Shown here: positions 1-8,343 of the stretch, piece by piece | Layout: each line of letters begins with the position of its first letter | How positions within the stretch are numbered: the first letter of the stretch is position 1 | DNA from: Pseudomonadota bacterium | Lineage (GTDB): Bacteria; Pseudomonadota; Gammaproteobacteria; Steroidobacterales; Woeseiaceae | Length of the DNA: 30,658 nt | Reading direction: 5' to 3' | Assembly (NCBI GenBank): GCA_022360335.1 | Contig: JAKSCZ010000327.1 | Location: 1-30,658 of the forward strand | Made by a program: the position numbers and the translations under genes | Notes under the pieces: model-generated | Database searches by the model: none | What the model was told of the DNA's origin: nothing | The model's input: only the letters and a program-made list of their open reading frames with translations

Positions 1-165
1 CATTTCCAGCAGGCCGTCGGCGGCCGCCGGTCGGTCGATGCCGGCGGGCCAGGCGCGCGATACGGTCCAACCGGCCGTGCGTCGGCGGTACGTGAATCGG
101 TAGTGGTCGAGTTCGGCGATGCGACGCTGTACTCGTACGTCGATCGCGTCGGGTTTCATCTGCAT
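1..165 (-). CDS. 5' part of a gene running off the left edge; possibly GH38 alpha-mannosidase N-terminus
   Basis: ATG at 165 opens a frame with no stop to base 1 (MQMKPDAIDVRVQRRIAELDHYRFTYRRRTAGW...). It starts 27 bp after the ABC ATPase stop on the same strand. The RRIAELDHYRF segment recalls N-termini of bacterial GH38 alpha-mannosidases from memory, but only 55 aa are visible and no catalytic domain is in the window. Confidence 0.4.
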   Translation of the reverse strand, partial: MQMKPDAIDVRVQRRIAELDHYRFTYRRRTAGWTVSRAWPAGIDRPAAADGLLEM

Positions 166-192
166 AGCGGCTGAGTTCTCTCGTCTGGGTGA

Positions 193-1329
<1,137 letters not shown>

Positions 1330-1363
1330 GAGTTCCCCCTGCGATGCATCGCTTCAGCCCGTC

Positions 1364-1423
1364 ATCTTAAGCGGCGGCGACGGCGTGTCGTTCGCATTCG
1401 CGCGGGAGAGGATTTTGAACATT
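1364..1423 (-). promoter_or_regulatory. Candidate AraC-activated promoter for the ATPase operon: 38-bp motif copy 1 (1386-1423) plus -10 TAAGAT (1364-1369)
   Basis: The minus strand reads AATGTTCAAAAT-CCTCTCCC-GCGC-GAATGCGAACGACA, then 16 nt, then TAAGAT. It matches the copy at 2387-2424 at 31/38 positions. Confidence 0.6.
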
Positions 1424-2386
1424 TCAGGGCCCGGGCACGCCCTTGCCGGCCCGAAACTCGCGCGGCGTGACCCCCACGTACTTGCGAAACACGGTCGCGA
1501 AATACTGGCTCGTCGAGAAGCCCAGGCTGTGGGCGACCGCGGTAATCGACCGGTCCGGCTCCACCAGCAGGACCCTGGCTTGCTCGATGCGACGGCGCGT
1601 CCGGTACTCGGACGGCGTCATGCCGACCTCCTGCAGAAAACGCCGATGGAACGCGCTGATACTGAGCCCGGCCCGGCGCGCGACCATCGGCACGTCGAAC
1701 GAGCGGGCCAGGTTGAGATTGATCCAGTCCAGCGCCGCATCGATCTCGGGCGACGGGCGGCGATGCGCTTCGACCGGGCGCCTCGATTGCGCGTGCCGGC
1801 TGCTGCAACGCAGCACCTCGAGCAACAGGCGGTGCAGCACGGTGCGGGCATCGAGGAGGCCGAGGCGTTCCGGCGGGTCGCCGTCGCGGGTGCCGTGCAG
1901 TGCCAGCAAGCGCTCGAACAGCCGGCCGATTGCGCCGTTGCCGGGAAACACCGGGTTGTCGATGTTCGCGAACGCCGCCGCCAGCGACGCCGTCTCCTGT
2001 CGCGTCGTGCCGGGCAGCGGCTTGCCGCCGGCCGGGACGATCAGTTCGAGATAGAACCGCTGACACGGTTCCTTGACGTCGTCCTGGCCGCCGTGGACCT
2101 GTCCGGGCAGGGTGACGAAAACGTCGCCGCGACGCACCTCGAAACTCCGGTCGTCGACGCGCCATGACACCTGCCCGTGCACGAAATAGCTGATTTCGAT
2201 GCCCTCGTCGTGCTGGTGGGTCCGCATCCCGCCGCTCTCGGCGCGGTCCGGGCTCTCCCAGCCGATGCCGACGTGAGGATAGAGCAGGCAAGCCTTGAAC
2301 CAGTAGACCCTGCGTTGCGGCTCCTCGATGCGGATCCTGTCGGGCAGTTCGACGTGCACGAAGGCATGGTCGGCGGCGCGGCGCAT
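1424..2386 (-). CDS. AraC-family transcriptional regulator with N-terminal cupin sensing domain
   Basis: Cupin motifs HQHDEGIEISY and GDVFVTLPGQVHG. C-terminal double HTH (VPMVARRAGLSISAFHRRF; SITAVAHSLGFSTSQYFATVFRKYVGVTPREFR). ATG at 2386 preferred over the TTG at 2395 used by the ORF track. Confidence 0.93.
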   Translation of the reverse strand: MRRAADHAFVHVELPDRIRIEEPQRRVYWFKACLLYPHVGIGWESPDRAESGGMRTHQHDEGIEISYFVHGQVSWRVDDRSFEVRRGDVFVTLPGQVHGGQDDVKEPCQRFYLELIVPAGGKPLPGTTRQETASLAAAFANIDNPVFPGNGAIGRLFERLLALHGTRDGDPPERLGLLDARTVLHRLLLEVLRCSSRHAQSRRPVEAHRRPSPEIDAALDWINLNLARSFDVPMVARRAGLSISAFHRRFLQEVGMTPSEYRTRRRIEQARVLLVEPDRSITAVAHSLGFSTSQYFATVFRKYVGVTPREFRAGKGVPGP

Positions 2387-2448
2387 AATGTTCAAAATAC
2401 TATCCCATTTGAATACGAACGACAGGTCGAATCGGAGCCGCCTACTGT
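2387..2448 (+). promoter_or_regulatory. Candidate AraC-activated promoter for the SBP-permease operon: 38-bp motif copy 2 (2387-2424) plus -10 TACTGT (2443-2448)
   Basis: The plus strand reads AATGTTCAAAAT-ACTATCCC-ATTT-GAATACGAACGACA, then 18 nt, then TACTGT; TATATT at 2448-2453 is an alternative -10. The region is an AT-rich island in a GC-rich background. Confidence 0.6.
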
Positions 2449-2457
2449 ATATTCAGG

Positions 2458-4911
2458 ATGATGTCGACGCGGTCCTCATGGTTCAGTCGCGCACGCAGCT
2501 TGCGAAGGCACCTGCAACGCCTGGCCGTGCTGGCGGCAGCGGCCGTTCTGTGGACGTCGCCGCCGGCAGGCGCCGAGGTGATCCGCAACGCCGGTTACGA
2601 CGGCGAACGGACGGTGATCCGCTGGACCTTCTGGGGCGGCGAACGGACGGTGCGCACCTATCGCGAGGTCGCTGCCCGTTTCGTGGCACGGCATCCCGAC
2701 ATCGCGGTCGACGTCGTCATTCTCCCGTGGGGACAATACTGGACGAAGCTGCAAACGCAGGCCGCATCGGGACTCGCCCCCGACGTCATCTCCCTGGTCA
2801 GCGCGTCGGCCGGTGTCTGGATCAATCACGGGGCGCTGCTGCCGCTCGACGATTTCGTGGCCCGGTCCGGGCTCGACCTGACGCAATACTACCGGGGCGC
2901 CGTCGACAGCATGCGCTGGTCCGGCAGACAGTACGCGCTGCCGATCGAGGTCGCGGCCGGCGCGGTGGTCTACTCGATCGACCGACTCGAAGAGCTGGGC
3001 ATCCCGCAGGAGGAATGGCCTCCGGCGGACCGGCCGATGAACTGGCGCGACTTCAAGGCCCTGGCCCGCCAACTGACCTTGCGCGACGAGCGCGGCAACG
3101 TCGTGCAGTACGGCATCGGCAGCGGCGGCTGGTGGAGCGACATCCTGTTCGGCCTGTACGGCGGTACCTTCGTCGACCGGCGCGTGAATCCGACACGGCC
3201 CGACATCGCCGGCGACGAGGCGCTGGTCAGGGCCTTGATCGAGGTGTTCCAGCTCATGCACGCCGAGCGCGTGCAGGCGCCTGCGTCGGTGTTCCAGACC
3301 TCGGATTACTCCGGCGATCAGGTACTCCGGTCGAATCAGTTCGCGATGGCGTATCACGGTCCCTATGTCCTCGAGACGCTCCGCGAGAACGGCGTGCGCG
3401 TCGGCATAACGCCCATCCCGGCCGGCGACGTGCCCATTCAGTCGGTGAGCGTGAATGCCGTCGGCATCTACCGGGATTCGGAACACCCGGACGAGGCCTG
3501 GGAGTTCGTGCGCTTCCTCGCCTCGCCCGACGCGCAGGCGGTGATCACGAACACGCTGCGCAGCGTACCCGTCAGCCGGCTCGCCGAAGGCGCGTTCATC
3601 GACAACGCGTACGGCATAGAAGGCGTCGAGGCGTTTCTTTACGATATCGAGCGCGCGCGGCCGTTCCTCGCGCCGGCCGCGACCTACGTCGAGCGGGCGT
3701 ACCTGACCTGGCTCGAGCGCCTGGACTTCGCGCTCGATTACGAATACGAGCGACGCCTGCGGGCGATGCAGGCGCGTCACGATGTGATCGACGATGCGAC
3801 CTATACGGCGTTCGTCGACGAAATGCGCGGCGTGGTGGAGCGGAGGATCAGAAGCGAGTTGCCGGTCCTGGAGGCCGACCTGCTGTCCGGATTCGCCCGC
3901 ATGCAGCGGCAGGACGGATCGGCGGGCAGCAGAGTGCTCATGCCGATACTGCTCGTGTCGCTGTTCGGCGCGGCGTTTCTCCTGTACCTGCGCTACGTGC
4001 GGCGCCAGGAGGGGAGTACCCGGGCCATGGCGTCGGCGGCGACGAACCTGGCCGCCTTCGTGTGCCTGTCGCCGTGGCTGTTCGGCTTCGCGTTCTTCAC
4101 CCTCGGCCCGATCGTCGCATCGGTGTACCTGTCGTTCACCGAATGGAACATGATCTCGGAGCCGGTGTGGGTCGGTGCCCGGCATTATCGCGACCTGTTC
4201 AGCGACAAGTATTTCCTGATCGGCCTCGAGCGCACGGTCCGCTACGCCGCATTCGTCATCCCGATCTCGCTGTTCGGCGGCATTGCGACGGCCGGCCTCC
4301 TGACCAGCAACGTCAGGGGCGCCGATTCGTTCAAGGCGATCTTCTATTTCCCGTCGCTGTTCACCGGCGCGGCGGCGGCCGTGCTGTGGGTCAACATGTT
4401 TCACAAGGAGTACGGGATCGTCAACCGGATCCTGTCGACGTTCGGCGTGCTGCCCATCAACTGGCTCGACGAGTATCACGCCTTCTATACGGTCGTTCTG
4501 ATGAACGTGTTCTGGATCGGTGGAGCGACGATCATCTACTACGCCGGGATGAAGCAGATACCCCGCACCCTGTACGAAGCGGCCGAGATCGACGGCGCCG
4601 GGACCGTGCGGCGGTTCTTCAGCATCACGCTGCCGATGCTGTCGCCCGTTATCCTGTTCATGGTAATCATGACTACGATCGGTGCGTTCCAGGTCTTTAC
4701 GCCCGCCCTGTTTTTCGTCGACAACCCGTCGCAGGTGGGCGGACCGGGCGACTCCCTGCGATTCTATGCGGTCAATATCTACGACGAGGCCTTCAACAAC
4801 CTGCACATGGGCAAGGCCTGCGCCTGGGCGTTCGTGCTCTTCGTCATCATCTTCGCCGTGACGATGATCCAGATAAAACTGTCCAAGCGATTCGTCTATA
4901 CGGAAACCTGA
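2458..4911 (+). CDS. Fused carbohydrate ABC transporter solute-binding protein (family 1) and MalF-like permease
   Basis: N-terminal signal peptide ending near A-G-A, followed by an SBP_bac_1-like domain (WTFWGG, YWTKLQTQAASGLAPDVI, AVGIYRDSEHPDEAWEFVRFLASPDAQ). Then a helical linker, one extra TM (VLMPILLVSLFGAAFLLYL), and a CUT1 permease with SPWLFGF/YLSFTEW and EAA motif LYEAAEIDGAG...FFSITLPMLSP. Start at 2458 or 2461. Confidence 0.9.
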   Translation: MMSTRSSWFSRARSLRRHLQRLAVLAAAAVLWTSPPAGAEVIRNAGYDGERTVIRWTFWGGERTVRTYREVAARFVARHPDIAVDVVILPWGQYWTKLQTQAASGLAPDVISLVSASAGVWINHGALLPLDDFVARSGLDLTQYYRGAVDSMRWSGRQYALPIEVAAGAVVYSIDRLEELGIPQEEWPPADRPMNWRDFKALARQLTLRDERGNVVQYGIGSGGWWSDILFGLYGGTFVDRRVNPTRPDIAGDEALVRALIEVFQLMHAERVQAPASVFQTSDYSGDQVLRSNQFAMAYHGPYVLETLRENGVRVGITPIPAGDVPIQSVSVNAVGIYRDSEHPDEAWEFVRFLASPDAQAVITNTLRSVPVSRLAEGAFIDNAYGIEGVEAFLYDIERARPFLAPAATYVERAYLTWLERLDFALDYEYERRLRAMQARHDVIDDATYTAFVDEMRGVVERRIRSELPVLEADLLSGFARMQRQDGSAGSRVLMPILLVSLFGAAFLLYLRYVRRQEGSTRAMASAATNLAAFVCLSPWLFGFAFFTLGPIVASVYLSFTEWNMISEPVWVGARHYRDLFSDKYFLIGLERTVRYAAFVIPISLFGGIATAGLLTSNVRGADSFKAIFYFPSLFTGAAAAVLWVNMFHKEYGIVNRILSTFGVLPINWLDEYHAFYTVVLMNVFWIGGATIIYYAGMKQIPRTLYEAAEIDGAGTVRRFFSITLPMLSPVILFMVIMTTIGAFQVFTPALFFVDNPSQVGGPGDSLRFYAVNIYDEAFNNLHMGKACAWAFVLFVIIFAVTMIQIKLSKRFVYTET

Positions 4912-4914
4912 CCG

Positions 4915-6180
4915 ATGCAGCAGGCCGCCTCCAAGAAAGCAATCCTGTACGCGATGTTGTTCGGCGTGTCGGTGTTCCTGCTGTTCCCGTTCTACTGGGT
5001 ACTGATCTCGTCGGTCAAGACGGTCGACGGACTGTCCATGAATCCGCCGATGCTCTATCCGAGCGAGTTCCGCAACGTCGACCGTGAGCTCCCGGCGGCA
5101 GGGCGGATCGTCGAGGCGGGGGGTGACTCGTGGTTTCGTCTTGCGCGCTCGCCGGATCTCGGCGCGGAGCGCGCCGGCGCCGGAGAGCCCGGCGCATACT
5201 ACGTTCGTCTGAACGAGGATGCGCCGTCGCAGCTGACGCGATGGTGGTCCGACACCGCCGTGTCGCGGCTGTCTCCGGCGGCGGCGAGGATCACCTTCGC
5301 CGGCTCGGAGGTCGTCGCGCTGGAGACCGACGGGCGGCGGGTTGCCGTCGTCTCGCGGATGATCCGGCAGAGCGACAGCGGATTCGACGAGCTGCTGTTC
5401 GTCGTGCCGCCGGACGGCGAGGCCACGGAAATCGAGATTCTGAGCAACGTCGACTACAGCAGGGTCACGCGCTGGAAGACGCGTTTCGAGAACTACCCGG
5501 AGACCCTGCGCGGGCCCGAGGCGTCGTTCGGCGAAGAGTCTACGGGCTTTCTCAAGTTCTCGCGCAACAGCTTCTTCATCGGCGTCATGGCCGTCGTCGG
5601 GCAGCTCCTGTCCAGCAGCCTGGTTGCGTTTGCGTTCGCACGACTCAAATTCAGGGGACGCGAAGTCCTGTTCGTCCTGTTGCTCGCAACGATGATGATT
5701 CCCGGCCAGGTCACGCTGGTACCGCTGTTCTCGATCTACAAGTCCCTGGGGTGGATCGACACGTTCCTGCCGCTGATCGTTCCCCACTTCACGGCGGGTG
5801 CGTTCAACGTCTTTCTGCTGCGACAGTACATGCTGACGCTGCCCAGGGAGCTGGACGAGTCGGCGCAGATAGACGGCTGCGGTCCGCTGCGGACCTACTT
5901 TTTCGTCATCCTCCCGAACTGCGTTCCGGTGCTGATCGTCGTCGGCCTGTTCACGTTCGTCGCCACCTGGCAGGACGTTCTCGGCCCGCTGATCTACCTC
6001 GACAATCCCGAGTACCGCACGGTGACGCTGGGGCTCGAGTACTTCCGGTCTCCGTACGTCGACAACCGCCACCTGCTGATGACCGGAGCCGTGCTGGCCA
6101 TGTTGCCCGTCGCGGTGCTGTTCCTGTTCTTCCAGCGTTTCATCATTTCCGGCGTCGCGACATCCGGGATCAAGGCGTGA
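4915..6180 (+). CDS. Carbohydrate ABC transporter permease (MalG-like) with large periplasmic insertion
   Basis: FPFYWVLISSVK, ENY, NSFFI, AFAFARLKFRGR, EAA motif PRELDESAQIDGCG and ATWQDVLGPLIYL. At 421 aa it is longer than typical MalG-type proteins. Confidence 0.93.
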   Translation: MQQAASKKAILYAMLFGVSVFLLFPFYWVLISSVKTVDGLSMNPPMLYPSEFRNVDRELPAAGRIVEAGGDSWFRLARSPDLGAERAGAGEPGAYYVRLNEDAPSQLTRWWSDTAVSRLSPAAARITFAGSEVVALETDGRRVAVVSRMIRQSDSGFDELLFVVPPDGEATEIEILSNVDYSRVTRWKTRFENYPETLRGPEASFGEESTGFLKFSRNSFFIGVMAVVGQLLSSSLVAFAFARLKFRGREVLFVLLLATMMIPGQVTLVPLFSIYKSLGWIDTFLPLIVPHFTAGAFNVFLLRQYMLTLPRELDESAQIDGCGPLRTYFFVILPNCVPVLIVVGLFTFVATWQDVLGPLIYLDNPEYRTVTLGLEYFRSPYVDNRHLLMTGAVLAMLPVAVLFLFFQRFIISGVATSGIKA

Positions 6181-7103
6181 TCGCGCGGCGTACGGCCGGT
6201 CGCGTTCAGCCGATCTACGCCGGCATCGACGGCGGCGGGACACGTTGCCGCGCGTTGCTGGCAGACGCCCGGGGCGTCGAACTCGGCGCCGGCAGCGCCG
6301 GGCCGGCAAATCCGTTCCAGGATCCGCGGCAGGCGGCGGTCTCCGTCGTCGAGGCCGTCGAGGCCGCATTGAGCGACGCGGGTTGCGCGCCGTCGGAGAT
6401 CGGCAACGTCGTCGCCTGCGTCGGCCTGGCGGGCGCGAACGTCAAGTCCGCTTACGAGCGTATGGTCGATTGGGACCATCCGTTCTGCGACATGCAGCTG
6501 ACGACGGACGTCGAGATCGCCTGCCTGGGCGCTCACGGGGGCCTGGACGGCGGCGTCGTGGTAGTCGGGACCGGTTCGTCGGGCTGCGCGCTGGTCGACG
6601 GGGAATGGCATTACCTCGGGGGATACGGTTTTCCGTTTGCGGACAAGGGCAGCGGCGCATGGTTCGGGCTCGAGGCGATTCGCGCCGTATTGCTCGATTT
6701 CGACGAGCTCGGACCGCCGACGGCGCTGCGCGGCGCGCTGCGCGAGGAAACGGGCTTCGGACCGCTGGAACTCGTCGATTTCATGAGCGGCGCCAGGCCG
6801 GCGAGGTTCGCGAGTATTGCACCGCTCGTCGTCGATGCGGCCGGGAGCGGCGACGCCGTCGCCGCCGGGATACTGCAAGACGGCAGCGCGTACCTGTCGG
6901 ACCTCGTGGTGCGCCTCGTGGCTTTCGGCGCGCCGGCAGTCGCGCTGGTCGGCGGACTCAGCCGCAAGCTGCTGCCGTGGCTCGGCGAAGACGCGGCGGC
7001 TCGCGTCGTTCCCGCGCAGAAGTCGGCGGAGCACGGGGCGCTGTTGTCCGCCATGCACTCCGGTGAGGCGCAAACGAGGGAGCGGGGCGCCGGCGATTCC
7101 TGA
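6177..7103 (+). CDS. nagK: N-acetylglucosamine kinase (BadF/BadG/BcrA/BcrD ATPase family, Shewanella NagK type)
   Basis: GTG start overlaps the permease stop (GTGA). Motifs GIDGGGTRCRA, GPANP, VGLAG, TTDVEIACLGAHGGLDGGVVVVGTGS and GGYGFPFADKGSGAWFG match the gammaproteobacterial NagK pattern; nagA and nagB-II are in the same locus. Confidence 0.8.
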   Translation: MIARRTAGRVQPIYAGIDGGGTRCRALLADARGVELGAGSAGPANPFQDPRQAAVSVVEAVEAALSDAGCAPSEIGNVVACVGLAGANVKSAYERMVDWDHPFCDMQLTTDVEIACLGAHGGLDGGVVVVGTGSSGCALVDGEWHYLGGYGFPFADKGSGAWFGLEAIRAVLLDFDELGPPTALRGALREETGFGPLELVDFMSGARPARFASIAPLVVDAAGSGDAVAAGILQDGSAYLSDLVVRLVAFGAPAVALVGGLSRKLLPWLGEDAAARVVPAQKSAEHGALLSAMHSGEAQTRERGAGDS

Positions 7104-7198
7104 CGGCCCGGTACGGCGGATGCCCGCGCCCGGAGCGCGACAGCAAGGGTCGCGTAGGGCATTATTCCGGGACCCGGCACGCTTCCCGCAGTACGACG

Positions 7199-8194
7199 AT
7201 GTCCAATATCCGCGAGGTTTCACAACTGGCAGGCGTTTCCACGGCGACCGTATCGCGGGCGTTGCGCAACCCGGAACTCGTCTCGAAAGAAAGCCGGCGC
7301 AAGGTCATGGAAGCCGTCGAACGGCTGAACTATCGGCCGAACATGCTGGCGCGGAATTTCCGCTCCGAGCGGTCGTATTCGCTCGTCATCCTCACCCCGA
7401 GCATTGCGAGTCCGTTCTATTCGCGAGTCATACGGGGCGTGGAGCTGGCGGCGCAGAATCGCGGTTACTCGGTCCTGCTCGGCGATACGCGCGATTCCCT
7501 GCGGCGGGAAGACGAGTACATCGAGTTGGTGGAGACCCGTCTCGCGGACGGCATCATCCAGTTCCGGCCCAGCGAGTCGAACTCGCGGATAGCGCGCCGG
7601 ACCAACTTCCCGATCGTGTACGCCTGCGGTTGCGCGGACACGGCATTGCCGTCCGTGCGCATCGACAACATCGAGGCGGCGCGCGCCGTCGTGAACTATT
7701 TCCTGTCGCTGGGACACCGGCGTATCGCCGTCATCTGCGGGCCGCCGGAGAATCCGCATTCCATCGACCGGCTGGCCGGCTACCGCCGGGCGCTGCAGGA
7801 TGCGGATATTGCCGAGGATCCCGATCTGATCGTCCACGCCGACGATTACTCGATGCAGTCGGGCGTCAAGGCCGGAACCCGTATTGCCGAGCTGCACGAC
7901 AGTCCGACCGCGTTGTTCTGCATGAACGACGAAATTGCCATCGGCGCGATTCAGAGCATCAAGCGCGCCGGAATCTCGGTTCCGGGCGACATGTCGGTGG
8001 CGGGCTTCGACAACATCGACTTCGCGCGTCACTACGATCCGCCGCTGACGACCATCGACCAGCCGTCGGACGAGATCGGCCAGATGGCCTGCAACATGCT
8101 GATCGACCAGATCGAGGAGCGCGGCGTGTCGCAGAACAACGTGATCCTCGACTACGATCTCATCGTCCGGGCGAGTACCGGTCCGGCCCCCTAG
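7199..8194 (+). CDS. LacI-family transcriptional regulator
   Basis: N-terminal HTH NIREVSQLAGVSTATVSRAL, hinge YRPNMLARNF, GHRRIAVICG, ALFCMNDEIAIG, VPGDMSVAGFDN, PPLTTIDQP, and C-terminal LIVRAST. Confidence 0.97.
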   Translation: MSNIREVSQLAGVSTATVSRALRNPELVSKESRRKVMEAVERLNYRPNMLARNFRSERSYSLVILTPSIASPFYSRVIRGVELAAQNRGYSVLLGDTRDSLRREDEYIELVETRLADGIIQFRPSESNSRIARRTNFPIVYACGCADTALPSVRIDNIEAARAVVNYFLSLGHRRIAVICGPPENPHSIDRLAGYRRALQDADIAEDPDLIVHADDYSMQSGVKAGTRIAELHDSPTALFCMNDEIAIGAIQSIKRAGISVPGDMSVAGFDNIDFARHYDPPLTTIDQPSDEIGQMACNMLIDQIEERGVSQNNVILDYDLIVRASTGPAP

Positions 8195-8247
8195 TCGGGC
8201 AGACGGGACACCGGGCCCTGCCGGCAGGCGCCGGCATGAAACAGTGG

Positions 8248-8261
8248 TGTAACCGGTTACA
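8248..8261. promoter_or_regulatory. LacI-type operator upstream of the beta-mannosidase
   Basis: Perfect 14-bp palindrome TGTAACCGGTTACA fitting the LacI-family TGnAAnCGnTTnCA pattern. An extended -10-like TGcTAGGAT lies at 8266-8274. An identical core recurs at 10949-10962. Confidence 0.8.
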
Positions 8262-8343
8262 TCCCTGCTAGGATGCCCGCACGAAAAAGAACACGAAAGG
8301 GGGTGGAATCCCGCTGCGGCGCGCGCGGGTTCCCGGATTCGAT

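Noticed and set aside
1341-1352. 12-bp palindrome GCGATGCATCGC just upstream of the ATPase SD
   Set aside because: Single copy, GC-rich, with no matching site elsewhere in the window; could be chance.
1386-2424. Calling the araC cassette a transposon or IS
   Set aside because: No transposase and no clean target-site duplication, and the repeats align with promoter positions. Kept only as an alternative in the finding, not as a feature.
2476-6369. Very long antisense and alternate-frame ORFs (e.g. 2476-6369 -, 2328-5087 +, 8257-11391 -, 13966-17487 -, 24141-27044 -)
   Set aside because: They shadow well-supported genes, are Arg/Gly/Pro-rich and carry no recognisable motifs. This is expected in GC-rich DNA with few stop codons in off frames.
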